Source: an uncultured Candidatus Saccharibacteria bacterium
GTDB taxonomy: Bacteria; Patescibacteriota; Minisyncoccia; Minisyncoccales; Staskawiczbacteraceae
Length of the DNA: 64,000 nt
Reading direction: 5' to 3'
Assembly: GCA_964424305.1 (NCBI GenBank)
Contig: CAYRHW010000001.1
Span: 7,947 to 71,946, forward strand
Made by a program: the position numbers and the translations under genes. The stretch's first letter is position 1. Every line of letters starts with the position of its first letter. Under the pieces are notes generated by a model. It ran no database searches. It was not told the DNA's origin and saw nothing but the letters and a program-made list of their open reading frames with translations. Shown piece after piece: positions 1-10,056 of the stretch.

Positions 1-510
1 GATACTATTTATCTCTACAACTAAATTTTTGAGCTGAGCTTCTTTTAATACATCGTAAGACATTTGGATTACTTGGCTATCTATTGCTGGATTTTTATCC
101 CCCAGAATTTCAAAACCAAATTGGTTAAATTGCCTATATCTCCCTGCTTGAGGCCTTTCATATCTAAAACATGGTCCATAGTACCAAAGCTTTACTGGCT
201 GTGGCATTGTGTGCATCCCATTTTCAATATAGCTTCTTACGATGGAGGGGGTCCACTCCGGCCTTAAAGCAACTGCGTCTCCTCCTTTTGTTCGGAATGA
301 ATACATTTGTTTTTCAACAACCTCTGTGTCTGAACCTGTACCTTTGTAAAAAAGATCAACATTTTCTAAAATTGGTGTTTCTATCCTGGAACACGTATAA
401 AAACCGGCGATACTTTCTATCGCTTTAAAAATCCTTTGATAATATTTCTGCTCATTTGGCAGAATATCATGCATCCCTGTTAATAATTGAATTCTATCTT
501 TTCCTGACAT
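1..510 (-). CDS. hisS: histidyl-tRNA synthetase, N-terminal part (continues beyond left edge)
   Basis: Own translation of the minus strand from ATG (510-508): MSGKDRIQLLTGMHDILPNEQKYY...CFRYERPQAGRYRQFNQFGFE, matching HisRS class II motifs. The frame is open to base 1, so it is absent from the ORF track. Confidence 0.85.
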   Translation of the reverse strand, partial: MSGKDRIQLLTGMHDILPNEQKYYQRIFKAIESIAGFYTCSRIETPILENVDLFYKGTGSDTEVVEKQMYSFRTKGGDAVALRPEWTPSIVRSYIENGMHTMPQPVKLWYYGPCFRYERPQAGRYRQFNQFGFEILGDKNPAIDSQVIQMSYDVLKEAQLKNLVVEINSI

Positions 511-515
511 TTAAT

Positions 516-1064
516 TTAGTAAGCTGGGGCTGTTATTTTGCCCAAAGCAGCTAATGGAAAAATTCTTACAAATACCTTACCAATTATATTCTCTTTTGGC
601 ACTGGTCCCCATATCCTTGAATCTGAAGAATATGGCCTATTGTCACCCAGAACAAAATATTCTTTTTCTCCCAAGATAACCCTTACATCTCCATAGGTCG
701 GCTTTGAAGCTGGGATATAGCTTATTTCTTGCAAGGTTTGCTCTTGGCCTTCTTTGTTATATACCTTCACCTGGTCATCTTTTATCTCAACCGTCTCTCC
801 GGGCAAACCGATGATTCTTTTGATAAACTTATGGGCTGGATTCTTTGGATATTTAAAAACAATTATATCCCCCCTCTGTGGTTGAGAAAATCGGTAAGAA
901 ATCTCATCGATTATTAAATAATCACCTGAATGGAAATTTGGGACCATTGAATCCCCGCTCACTACAAATGGTTGAAAGATAAAGTAACGGATAGGAAGCA
1001 CTATCACCAAGGCGATGATAACAACTTTAACAATCTCCCATAGATAAGTGAACGATGGTTTCAT
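516..1064 (-). CDS. lepB: signal peptidase I
   Basis: N-terminal TM helix, plus SGDSMVPNF and GDNRPYSSDSR catalytic-box motifs. Confidence 0.9.
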   Translation of the reverse strand: MKPSFTYLWEIVKVVIIALVIVLPIRYFIFQPFVVSGDSMVPNFHSGDYLIIDEISYRFSQPQRGDIIVFKYPKNPAHKFIKRIIGLPGETVEIKDDQVKVYNKEGQEQTLQEISYIPASKPTYGDVRVILGEKEYFVLGDNRPYSSDSRIWGPVPKENIIGKVFVRIFPLAALGKITAPAY

Positions 1065-1192
1065 AAGTAAAAATTAGATTTTTATTTCACTCACTATATC
1101 AGTTTTTAAAACTTCCGACAAGGGGTAAGCACTGAAAAGAAAAAGGGACCGTCATTGACAGCCCCCAGTTGGACTACTTGCGAAATATTGGG

Positions 1193-1513
1193 TTAATTGG
1201 GGCGACGAGAAGATGCCAGTCGCACATGGCGATCGACGAAAGGTACCGGGGCATTCACCCCAGACTTCTTGCGTCGACGCTGCTGCATCTCAATCCTGAC
1301 GAGGATCCTCCCCATCGCTTTGGGGCTGATCTTCACGCCGAACCTCGTGGCGAAATCCCGCGCGAACTGCTCCACCGCCTTCGGGTTTCCCAAGTTGGGC
1401 CGCTTTGCCCCCAGAATTGAGCCCTTTTGCTCCTGGCTCATGTGGCCCCAGGAGTAAATGGCCGGGATAGCGGGTTGGGAAGACGTGGTTGAAAGGCTCA
1501 CATCTGTCGTCAT
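1193..1513 (-). CDS. hypothetical protein (GC-rich orphan)
   Basis: ORF in a locally GC-rich patch with AAAGGA 6 nt upstream of ATG 1513. No domain recognised. Overlapping alternative-frame ORFs make the frame choice uncertain. Confidence 0.35.
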   Translation of the reverse strand: MTTDVSLSTTSSQPAIPAIYSWGHMSQEQKGSILGAKRPNLGNPKAVEQFARDFATRFGVKISPKAMGRILVRIEMQQRRRKKSGVNAPVPFVDRHVRLASSRRPN

Positions 1514-1715
1514 CACAAATCCTTTCGCTAATGAACCACAGGTCGATTTATGCTACACGGGCACAACCGAACAGCTTTTTGTTCGATTTATTACTCCCTT
1601 CTACCCAGATGGGTTGTAAAGGTTCCACCCTTAAACCATTTAATATATTATAGCATATGATACGGATAGTCAATTCAAGTGTGATTTATTCACAATGATA
1701 TGATATATTAAAATC

Positions 1716-2279
1716 ATGTTTTTAATTATTGGCCTGGGGAACCCAGGTGAAAAATTTAACAATACCCCCCATAATGTTGGGTTTGCTGTAATCGATAAAT
1801 TCGCAGAAAAAAAGACTTTCCCAGGTTTTGAGTTAAACAAGAAATCCGAAAGCTTAACTTCCGAAGGGACCATGGGTAGCGAGAAGATAATTTTGACCAA
1901 ACCTCAAACATTTATGAACGAATCCGGAAAAACTGCAAAAAAACTGCAAGAACAAAAAAAGGGACAGAAAATTATTGTAGTGCACGACGATGTTGATCTC
2001 CAGTTGGGAAAAATAAAGATAGTGGTGAATAGAGGGTCTGCCGGCCACAAAGGAGTGGAATCTATCATAAAGGCAATCGGGAATGAGGATATTATTAGGA
2101 TAAGGATCGGAGTAATGCCAACCACGGGGAAGCCCAAAGAAGCAGAAAAATTTGTTTTGAAGAAGTTTAGCAAAAACGAAAGCAATACTTTAAACAAAAT
2201 CGTTGATCGAGCAACCATGGCAATCGAAATATTGGTTATAGGTGGTTTAGAAAAAGCGATGAATGAGTGCAATCGGTAG
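1716..2279 (+). CDS. pth: peptidyl-tRNA hydrolase
   Basis: MFLIIGLGNPGEKFNNTPHNVGF N-terminus is typical of Pth. Confidence 0.9.
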   Translation: MFLIIGLGNPGEKFNNTPHNVGFAVIDKFAEKKTFPGFELNKKSESLTSEGTMGSEKIILTKPQTFMNESGKTAKKLQEQKKGQKIIVVHDDVDLQLGKIKIVVNRGSAGHKGVESIIKAIGNEDIIRIRIGVMPTTGKPKEAEKFVLKKFSKNESNTLNKIVDRATMAIEILVIGGLEKAMNECNR

Positions 2280-2384
2280 CCTCTTCCTACAATATTTTCA
2301 CTTTATCTAACAATTTTCTCGGGACGAAAAGCCCAACAAAAAACTAGCCCGTAAGCTAGTCGCAACTAGTTTTAGCTAGCGCCT

Positions 2385-2906
2385 TTACTCTGATTGATTG
2401 ATTAGACTTGGATCAAATACTGCGATGGAAACAGAGGCAACCATGCCCTTCTTTTTGCCATCGAGCTTGGCGACCATTCTGCTACTTTCAATCTTTGCTG
2501 TCCCCGCCATTTCATCAACATCGACCTCGGTTCCGGTCTCCAAAACCAACTTGTCGCCAGGCCGGATAAACCCGCTAAACTTGGCATTGGTGATTTCTCT
2601 GGCAGCAGCAGCCTTACCCTTCAACATCGCGGCTAATTCGGGATTTTTGGCAACAATAATACCGAGAAGCTGAAAAGCCATCTCGACAATTTCAACCCCG
2701 CGCATGACGGGCATATTGGGAATCGGTTCATGGCCCACGCAATTTTCAGCGGGAACCGTAAACTCTCCGATAACCTTACCATCGGTAATAGTAACTTGGT
2801 CCAGAAGAAGCATCCTTCCTCTGTGAAAAAGAATCTGCATTATTTCTTCCTTCTCAACAACAATCGTTTTCCCGCCACCAAAAATCCACTTAATTATCCT
2901 TTTCAT
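2385..2906 (-). CDS. FabZ/FabA-like hotdog-fold dehydratase family protein
   Basis: GHEPIPNMPVMRGVEIVEMAFQLLG resembles the FabZ HxxxxPVMPGVLxxEAxAQ region. GGAGGTG SD precedes ATG 2906. GC is higher than in neighbouring genes. Confidence 0.55.
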   Translation of the reverse strand: MKRIIKWIFGGGKTIVVEKEEIMQILFHRGRMLLLDQVTITDGKVIGEFTVPAENCVGHEPIPNMPVMRGVEIVEMAFQLLGIIVAKNPELAAMLKGKAAAAREITNAKFSGFIRPGDKLVLETGTEVDVDEMAGTAKIESSRMVAKLDGKKKGMVASVSIAVFDPSLINQSE

Positions 2907-2987
2907 TGGGCACCTCCACATGTTAAGTTTCTGATTTTGATTCTACATTAAAGCCCCCGAATTTCAAGGGTTTAGATATTTCGTGTT

Positions 2988-3869
2988 ATGATTACTGAGA
3001 TGGAAGATATAAGAGAAGTAAAAATTGAAGATGATAACTATCCAGATATTCTAAGAAGGACCGTGAACCCGCCAAAAATTCTTTACTACATCGGCGAATT
3101 TAAAAAAGAAGAATTATGTTTGGGAGTTGTCGGGACCAGGAGATGCTCACCCTATGGCAAGCAAGCAACAGCGGATATTGTTAGACAGTTGATTAAAAAC
3201 CAAATCACCATCATAAGTGGCTTGGCCGAGGGGATAGACACAATCGCCCACCAAACCTGTGTTGAAGCGGGGAAAAGGACAATAGCTATACTGGGCACAG
3301 GGTTAGACGAAAGAAGTATATACCCACGAGCCAACATCAATCTTTCCAAAAAAATTGTGGAAACCGGTGGTTGCCTAATATCGGAGCTCCCGCCCGGAAC
3401 AGCTGGCTCTAAGTATAGTTTTCCAAACAGAAACAGGATTATTTCTGGTTTATCTCGCGGGGTCCTAGTGATAGAGGCGAAAACAAAATCAGGGGCCCTA
3501 ATTACTGCTAGCTATGCGAGAAAACAAGGAAAAAAACTTTTTGCCATACCTGGCTCCATCTATTCTGCCAACTCAACTGGCACCAATAGATTAATCAAAG
3601 CTGGGGCCAAATTAGTTGACAACGCAGATGATATCCTGCAAGAATTGAATTTACCTACTCCTCAAAAACAGCTAGACCTTAATTACGACAGTCGAAATGA
3701 AGAAGAATCTTTAATAATAAAAGCGGTTAGCAAAGAGCCCCTGCATATAGATAAAATAATAGAAAAAACAAAATTACATGCTACTATTGTAGCTAGCACC
3801 CTAGCAATTCTGGAAACAAATAATAAAGTTAAAAATCTAGGAGGCAATGTCTACACCATAATCCGTTAA
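2988..3869 (+). CDS. dprA: DNA processing protein DprA/Smf
   Basis: GVVGTRRCSPYGKQ and SGLAEGIDTIAHQ motifs. Confidence 0.9.
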   Translation: MITEMEDIREVKIEDDNYPDILRRTVNPPKILYYIGEFKKEELCLGVVGTRRCSPYGKQATADIVRQLIKNQITIISGLAEGIDTIAHQTCVEAGKRTIAILGTGLDERSIYPRANINLSKKIVETGGCLISELPPGTAGSKYSFPNRNRIISGLSRGVLVIEAKTKSGALITASYARKQGKKLFAIPGSIYSANSTGTNRLIKAGAKLVDNADDILQELNLPTPQKQLDLNYDSRNEEESLIIKAVSKEPLHIDKIIEKTKLHATIVASTLAILETNNKVKNLGGNVYTIIR

Positions 3870-3873
3870 ATAT

Positions 3874-5895
3874 ATGAACACATTAATTATTGTTGAAAGC
3901 CCGACGAAAGCTAAAACTATTCAAAAATTTTTAGGGAGCGGATACAAGGTGCTCTCTTCTTTTGGCCACGTAAGAGACCTGCCAAAAAGAAAATTGGGGG
4001 TTGATGTGGAAAATGATTTTGCGCCAGACTATATAATCCCCACAAAAGCGAAAAAGACAGTGGCGGCACTAAAAAAAGCCATAAAGAAAGATACTAAGAT
4101 TATTCTTGCGACTGATGAGGACCGCGAGGGCGAAGCCATTGCCTGGCATTTGTCAGAGGTTTTAAGCATCGAGAACCCCGAAAGGATGGTTTTCCACGAG
4201 ATCACAGAGTCAGCGATAAAAGAAGCTCTAAAAAACCCGAGGACCATTGATCTTAATTTAGTTAATGCTCAGCAGGCGAGAAGAATCCTGGACAGAATTG
4301 TGGGTTACAAGCTTTCCCCCTTTTTGTGGAAAAAAATATCAAAGGGCTTATCGGCCGGTAGGGTTCAGTCTGTTGCCGTAAGATTGGTTGTTGAACGAGA
4401 AAGAGAAATAGAAAAATTTATCGCCCAGGAGTATTGGACAGTGGAAGCCACCCTAAAGAGTAAACGAGACGAATTTATTGCCTTCCTATTTAAGAAGGAC
4501 GATAAGCTAATAGATAAACTAGAAATTAAATCCGAGACAGAAGCAGAGGAAATCCTGAAGAGTTTAAACAACGCGGAATACAAAATAATTAATATTGAAA
4601 AAAAAGAAGCGAAGAAAAATCCTTTACCTCCATTTACAACAAGCACCCTACAACAAGAAGCCTGGAAAAAACTGCACTTCCCCGCCAGATTCACGATGGG
4701 AATTGCTCAAAATCTTTACGAGAATGGACTTATTACATACCACAGAACAGATTCAGTAAATCTTTCTCAATTGGCGCTGGATGCTTCGAAAAAATTTATT
4801 ACGGAAAGTTTCGGAAAAAACTATTGGGCAGGATATTTTAGACAATATGCATCAAAGGGGAGGACCCAAGAGGCCCATGAGGCGATAAGACCAACCTATG
4901 CCCACAATATACCCGCTAACCTCAAACTAGACGACAGAGGCTTTAAACTCTATAACCTCATATGGCAGAGATTTATAGCTAGCCAAATGGCTCCAGCCGT
5001 GTTTGATGCAACGAGCCTAGATATCTCGGCCAACGACTGTGTATTCCGTGCGAATGGACAAACCTTAAAATTTGATGGTTTTTTGAAAGTATATCCGATG
5101 AAATTTAACGAGCTTTCTTTGCCAACTCTAACAAATGGGCAATCATTGGAATTAGTAAAAATCGACAAGGGCCAACATTTTACCGAACCACCGGCCAGAT
5201 ACAATGAAGCTAGCTTGATCAAGGCCCTAGAAAAAGCGGGTATCGGTCGACCATCGACCTACGCCCCAACGTTAACAACGATCCAAACGAGAAATTATAT
5301 AGAAAAGAATGACCAAAAGAGATTCAAGCCAACAGAGATTGGAACTGTCGTCAACGACATCTTGGTTGAAAACTTCCCTGAAATTGTTGATATGGAGTTT
5401 ACGGCAAAGCTTGAAAAAGAATTAGACGAAATTGCCGAGGGCAAAGATACATATATAAAGACCTGCAAAGATTTCTACATCCCCTTTGCCAAAAATCTGA
5501 AAAACAAATATGAGGAAGTTCTGAAAAAAGACATAACCGACAAACCAACGAATAAAATATGTCCGAAGTGCGGTGCGCCATTGGTTGAGCGGTTGGGAAG
5601 ATTTGGTAGATTTTATGCTTGCCCAAAGTTTCCAATATGCAAACACGCGGAATCAATTGAGGGAGATTCCAATACTATAAAAATAAAATGCCCGAAATGC
5701 CAGACAGGAGAGATCACTGGGAAAAGAACAAAAAAAGGAAAAATATTTTACGCGTGTAACAAATTCCCGGACTGTGACTTCGCTTTATGGGATAAACCCA
5801 TAAACGAGAAGTGCCCAAAATGTGATTCCCTACTCATTGAAAAGGGAAAAACGATTAAATGCTCCAATAAAGAGTGTGGCTATAAAAAAGAATAA
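3874..5895 (+). CDS. topA: DNA topoisomerase I
   Basis: Toprim N-terminus (LIIVESPTKAKTI), active-site region ITYHRTDS, and C-terminal CxxC zinc ribbons. Confidence 0.95.
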   Translation: MNTLIIVESPTKAKTIQKFLGSGYKVLSSFGHVRDLPKRKLGVDVENDFAPDYIIPTKAKKTVAALKKAIKKDTKIILATDEDREGEAIAWHLSEVLSIENPERMVFHEITESAIKEALKNPRTIDLNLVNAQQARRILDRIVGYKLSPFLWKKISKGLSAGRVQSVAVRLVVEREREIEKFIAQEYWTVEATLKSKRDEFIAFLFKKDDKLIDKLEIKSETEAEEILKSLNNAEYKIINIEKKEAKKNPLPPFTTSTLQQEAWKKLHFPARFTMGIAQNLYENGLITYHRTDSVNLSQLALDASKKFITESFGKNYWAGYFRQYASKGRTQEAHEAIRPTYAHNIPANLKLDDRGFKLYNLIWQRFIASQMAPAVFDATSLDISANDCVFRANGQTLKFDGFLKVYPMKFNELSLPTLTNGQSLELVKIDKGQHFTEPPARYNEASLIKALEKAGIGRPSTYAPTLTTIQTRNYIEKNDQKRFKPTEIGTVVNDILVENFPEIVDMEFTAKLEKELDEIAEGKDTYIKTCKDFYIPFAKNLKNKYEEVLKKDITDKPTNKICPKCGAPLVERLGRFGRFYACPKFPICKHAESIEGDSNTIKIKCPKCQTGEITGKRTKKGKIFYACNKFPDCDFALWDKPINEKCPKCDSLLIEKGKTIKCSNKECGYKKE

Positions 5896-7646
5896 TGTCT
5901 GACAAATTAAAAAATTTATTAAAAAACACCGAAAGGCCTGAAATAATTCAGAAAGCTTTTGATTTCGCTAAAACTACCTATGGGGAAAGAAAGAGAATAT
6001 CTCAAGAAAATTACATCGACCACGCCCTTAGGGTCGCGCTTATGCTTAAAAAGATGGGGATGGGAGCAGAAACAATTGCCGCAGGGATTCTACACGATAT
6101 AGTTGATGATCTGCCTCCCCTGGCAAAAAAGCTCCAACTAGACCAAATAGAAAGAAAGATTGGGAAAGAAATTAGGTTCCTAGTGGAAAGAATATCCGAA
6201 TTGGGAAAAATCCATTACCCTTTGGTTGTCAGGCTTAAAGAAAAAGCGAAGTTCACCGAGGAAAAATTTGAAAACTTAAGACAAATGTTTCTTGCCCTCG
6301 CCCAAGATTTCAGGGTAATTTTGATAGAGCTCATGTCTCGTCTCGACAATCTTAAATACTTAAAATATTTATCCCAGGAGCAACAAACCCTATACTCCCT
6401 AGAAACATTGAAGATATTTGCTCCCATTGCCGATCGGCTCGGTATCGGAGAAATTAAATCACAATTAGAAGATCATGCATTCTCCTATCTCTTCCCCGAG
6501 AAATCTAACTGGCTAAAAAACTACATAAAAAAAGAATATGAAGAGAGGGTTAAATATTTAAAATCCTTCTCGAAACGCCTAGAAAAAATACTAAAAGGAG
6601 AAAGGATAAAAGTTGTCGCCATTAATTGGCGACCAAAAACCTATTGGAGCACATACAAGAAACTTCTAAGGAAAAACATGGATATTGAAAAGATCCACGA
6701 CCTTTTGGCCTTAAGGGTTATTGTTAATGGGGTAGATACCTGCTATAAAACCCTTGGTATTATCCATAAATATTACGAACCACTTGGGCAAGAAATCGAC
6801 GATTACATCGCCAAGCCAAAACCAAACGGCTATAGATCGTTACACACCACTGTATTTTCCGAAGATGGACAAATAACCGAAGTTCAAATTAAAACACCGG
6901 AGATGCACAGGGAGGCAGAATTTGGTATCTGCGCCCATTGGGCATACAAAGAAAAGATAAGTCTAGCCGGTGATAGAGAAAAATTAAAATTCACCCAAGA
7001 TATCCCAGAATTTTGGAAAAGCTTCAAAATTGATTTCTACGAGGATAAAGCTTTCACCTTCACCCCTAAGGGAGACGTTATTATCCTATCAAAGGATTCT
7101 ACCCCAATCGATTTTGCCTATGGAGTACATAGCGAGATTGGAAACTACTGCGAGATCGCAAAGGTAAATGGAAAGGTTGTCCCATTGTCACAACCGCTGA
7201 AAAACGGGGACATTATTGAGATAACTGTAAATAAGAAAAGAAAACCATCTGCAGATTGGCTGAAATTTGTTAAAACAAACCTTGCCACGTCTCAAATTAA
7301 AAAAGCACTGGCAAAAAGAGGACTACTTGATAGGATATCTTCTATTGGTAGGATCCCGTCTTTTCTAAAAAAGAAAGTCATCGAAATTTCAGAAAAAATA
7401 GGCGGGAAGCCCTCAATGGCTAAACAAACAAGGCCCACAAAAGAAAGAGTTAGAGAGCTATATATAGATGGTCAAAAAGGGATATCCTATACCCCTGCAA
7501 AGTGCTGCAAACCCATGATAGGAGACGAGGTTAAGGCTTATCTTTCAAAACACAGATCTGCTGTTTTGCACAAAACTTCTTGTAAAGATTTTAAAAAATT
7601 AGCTGCTAAATCCCCGGAGAAAATAGTTGATGCTTATTGGAAGTAA
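5895..7646 (+). CDS. rel: RelA/SpoT homolog, (p)ppGpp synthetase/hydrolase
   Basis: HD domain (HDIVDD), synthetase motif YIAKPKPNGYRSLHTTV, and a TGS-like segment FTPKGDVIILSKDSTPIDFAY. Confidence 0.85.
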   Translation: MSDKLKNLLKNTERPEIIQKAFDFAKTTYGERKRISQENYIDHALRVALMLKKMGMGAETIAAGILHDIVDDLPPLAKKLQLDQIERKIGKEIRFLVERISELGKIHYPLVVRLKEKAKFTEEKFENLRQMFLALAQDFRVILIELMSRLDNLKYLKYLSQEQQTLYSLETLKIFAPIADRLGIGEIKSQLEDHAFSYLFPEKSNWLKNYIKKEYEERVKYLKSFSKRLEKILKGERIKVVAINWRPKTYWSTYKKLLRKNMDIEKIHDLLALRVIVNGVDTCYKTLGIIHKYYEPLGQEIDDYIAKPKPNGYRSLHTTVFSEDGQITEVQIKTPEMHREAEFGICAHWAYKEKISLAGDREKLKFTQDIPEFWKSFKIDFYEDKAFTFTPKGDVIILSKDSTPIDFAYGVHSEIGNYCEIAKVNGKVVPLSQPLKNGDIIEITVNKKRKPSADWLKFVKTNLATSQIKKALAKRGLLDRISSIGRIPSFLKKKVIEISEKIGGKPSMAKQTRPTKERVRELYIDGQKGISYTPAKCCKPMIGDEVKAYLSKHRSAVLHKTSCKDFKKLAAKSPEKIVDAYWK

Positions 7647-7690
7647 TGCTTGATAATTAAAAAAAATAGTGGCAAGATAATGTTAAATTT

Positions 7691-7774
7691 GCCTGGGTGA
7701 TGAAACTGGCAAACATACAGGTTTCAAAAACCTGCGAGCGCAAGCTCTTGAGGGTTCAACTCCCTCCCCAGGCA
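7691..7774 (+). tRNA. tRNA-Leu (anticodon CAA), long variable arm, CCA not encoded
   Basis: Hand-folded cloverleaf. Acceptor GCCTGGG/CCCAGGC. Anticodon stem CAGGT/ACCTG with loop TTCAAAA. T arm GAGGG-TTCAACT-CCCTC. Confidence 0.85.
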
Positions 7775-7776
7775 CT

Positions 7777-7801
7777 AAAAAACCCCGCTTAGCGGGGTTT
7801 T
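7777..7801. terminator. bidirectional intrinsic terminator shared by tRNA-Leu and the MazG-like gene
   Basis: Stem CCCCGC-tta-GCGGGG flanked by an A-run on the left and a T-run on the right. Confidence 0.7.
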
Positions 7802-7809
7802 ATCTTGTC

Positions 7810-8154
7810 TTATTTCTCGTTCCAATCCACCCGGGTGTTATTGCGAGATGCATCTTTCTCAGTAAACCCTTGAGGGTACCTTTTAGCTAATTTACCAATG
7901 TTCTCCTGTAGAATTTCCTCTAAATTCCAACCGTAAAAATTAGAGATCATCGCCATATACCACAATGTATCGCCAAGATTCTCTCTAATGCCAGCCTTCT
8001 GATCGTTCCCGTGGAACAATGTTTTCTTAATACACCCGGCCAAATCCCCAGCCTCGCCAGCAATACCCAGCCCCCAACTAGAAATCTCGTTCTCTGGCCG
8101 GTCGAAGGTCTTCGCTGTTTTTTTACATAATTCTTGGTATTCTTTTAAATTCAT
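7810..8154 (-). CDS. MazG-like nucleotide pyrophosphohydrolase
   Basis: GIAGEAGDLAG and LGDTLWYMAMI motifs are typical of the MazG all-alpha NTP-PPase family. Confidence 0.7.
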   Translation of the reverse strand: MNLKEYQELCKKTAKTFDRPENEISSWGLGIAGEAGDLAGCIKKTLFHGNDQKAGIRENLGDTLWYMAMISNFYGWNLEEILQENIGKLAKRYPQGFTEKDASRNNTRVDWNEK

Positions 8155-8687
8155 ACTTTAATATATTTCTTAAATATTTTATTAACCAACCACCCAGTGA
8201 ATATACCAACTGCTGCTCCGGCCAAAATGTCTGCCGGCCAGTGGACACCTGCAAACACCCTCGCAATCGAGATTAGAAGGGCCGAGACGAAAAATACAAT
8301 GCCCCATTTCTTATTATACAAATAGACAATGGTTGCCAACCCAAATGCAAAAGAAGCATGACCAGAAGGAAACGATTGTTCATTAACCCGGTCTATTAAT
8401 AGACTGACTTCGTTAATGGTGAATGGTCTCCCTCTTGGTTTAAGTAATCTAATAAGTCCTGTTACTAAAAATCTAGCAGCAACGCCAGAAGTCAGGGCTA
8501 TCAAAACCATCTTCCAATTCTTCTTGAACCTCAGTAAGAATAAAAGTAAAACTATCCCCATCAAGTAGATGAGATGTTCAGCTAAAAATATACCCAACAT
8601 ATCTAACCAAACCCACCTAAAGGCCAAACCATTAATTGACTGGAAAATATAGTGATCTAGGCCTATGAGATTGCTATATAAGAACAT
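8151..8687 (-). CDS. PAP2-family phosphatase (undecaprenyl-diphosphatase-like), membrane
   Basis: PAP2 motifs KPRGRP, PSGH and RVFAGVHWPADILAG, with several TM helices. Confidence 0.8.
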   Translation of the reverse strand: MFLYSNLIGLDHYIFQSINGLAFRWVWLDMLGIFLAEHLIYLMGIVLLLFLLRFKKNWKMVLIALTSGVAARFLVTGLIRLLKPRGRPFTINEVSLLIDRVNEQSFPSGHASFAFGLATIVYLYNKKWGIVFFVSALLISIARVFAGVHWPADILAGAAVGIFTGWLVNKIFKKYIKV

Positions 8688-8688
8688 G

Positions 8689-9933
8689 TTATTTTGGTAA
8701 CGGAAATTTATTACAAAACTTTTTAATTTCTTTCCTAACTCTTACCACAGATTTGGGATTGGATATAACCTCATTTATCCAAGAAGCTATTTTTTTCATT
8801 TCCGGCTCCTGCATCCCCCTTGTGGTGATGGCTGGAGTCCCCATCCTAATGCCGGATGGATTAAACGGTGGGTTCGGGTCAAAAGGAATACTATTTTTAT
8901 TAATCGTAATTCCAGCCTCCTCTAACAAATTCTGGGCTTCCGGCCCTGTAATATTTTTGTTTCTTAAATCAATTAAAATTAAATGGTTATCTGTCCCTCC
9001 ACTAGCTAAATTAAAACCATATCTCTTAAGCTCTTCTGCCAACGCCTTTGCATTTCTCACAATTTGCTTAGCATATTTCTTAAAAGCTGGCGTTGATGCT
9101 TCCTTCAAACAAACTGCGATTGCGGCAATCTGATGCATGTGGGGGCCCCCCTGAAGCCCGGGGAAGATAGCTTTATCAATTTTCTTAGCTAAGTCTGGAT
9201 CCTTCTCAATCCCTTTTTTCGTTACCATTATTATTCCGCCCCTCGGCCCACGCAAAGTTTTATGTGTTGTTGTCGATACGATGTGCACGTAGGGAACGGG
9301 TGAAGGATGGGCCCCGCCGGCGATTAATCCTGCTATATGAGCGACATCGGCTACCATATATGCACCGACAGAATCGGCTATGTCTCCTAGCCTTTTCCAA
9401 TCAAAGATTCTTGGATAGGCGGTCGCTCCCACAAATATTAATTTTGGCTTCACCTCTTTCGCTAATTTCTCCATAGCATCGTAATCCACTAGCCCTGTTT
9501 TTTCGTTAACTCCGTATTGAATTGATTTGTAGAATTTAGCAGAAAAATTTGACTTCCATCCGTGCGTCAAATGACCGCCCATAGGAAGGGCCATCCCCAT
9601 TATAGTATCTCCGGGTTCACAAACCGCCAGATAAACTGCTGCATTCGCAGGAGAGCCAGAATAAGGTTGAACGTTTGCATGAGGCACGCCGAATAGCTTT
9701 CTGACCCTTTCTCTACATAAATCCTCTAGCACATCGTAATACTTAAGCCCAGCATAATATCTTTTCCCAGGATAACCCTCGGCATATTTATCTGTTAGGA
9801 TAGATCCCAAAGCTTCTCTAACCGCAGGAGTCGTATGGTTCTCCGATGGAATCATCTCTAAAGAAGTCTGTTGCCTTATGGTTTCTAACTCTATTAATTT
9901 TGCTATTTGTGGATCTGATTTTTTGAGTTTCAT
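8689..9933 (-). CDS. glyA: serine hydroxymethyltransferase
   Basis: Full-length SHMT, with the PLP-site region VSTTTHKTLRGPRGG. Confidence 0.95.
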   Translation of the reverse strand: MKLKKSDPQIAKLIELETIRQQTSLEMIPSENHTTPAVREALGSILTDKYAEGYPGKRYYAGLKYYDVLEDLCRERVRKLFGVPHANVQPYSGSPANAAVYLAVCEPGDTIMGMALPMGGHLTHGWKSNFSAKFYKSIQYGVNEKTGLVDYDAMEKLAKEVKPKLIFVGATAYPRIFDWKRLGDIADSVGAYMVADVAHIAGLIAGGAHPSPVPYVHIVSTTTHKTLRGPRGGIIMVTKKGIEKDPDLAKKIDKAIFPGLQGGPHMHQIAAIAVCLKEASTPAFKKYAKQIVRNAKALAEELKRYGFNLASGGTDNHLILIDLRNKNITGPEAQNLLEEAGITINKNSIPFDPNPPFNPSGIRMGTPAITTRGMQEPEMKKIASWINEVISNPKSVVRVRKEIKKFCNKFPLPK

Positions 9934-10024
9934 ATTATTTTCCCTAATAATAGCATTTCTTTTTTTAATTTATAAGTATTTCCATATTTTGCAAGCTTGA
10001 GGTGGTTAAAATCTTTAAAATAAA

Positions 10025-10042
10025 CCCGCCGAGTTGGGCGGG
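10025..10042 (-). terminator. hairpin plus T-run immediately 3' of TR1 (minus-strand sense)
   Basis: Minus-strand CCCGCC-caactc-GGCGGG followed by TTTATTTT. A homologous hairpin follows TR2 at 33249-33266. Confidence 0.5.
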
Positions 10043-10056
10043 AAAAATAAAAAGAG

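Noticed and set aside
1169-1200. The sequence ...CTACTTGCGAAAT... resembles the ...TTACTTGCG... junction at both VR ends, raising the possibility of a third VR at the end of GC-rich ORF 1193-1516.
   Set aside because: The match is only about 8 nt and in a different frame from the ORF stop. No TR-like partner, no spacer copy and no Asn-rich template lie nearby.
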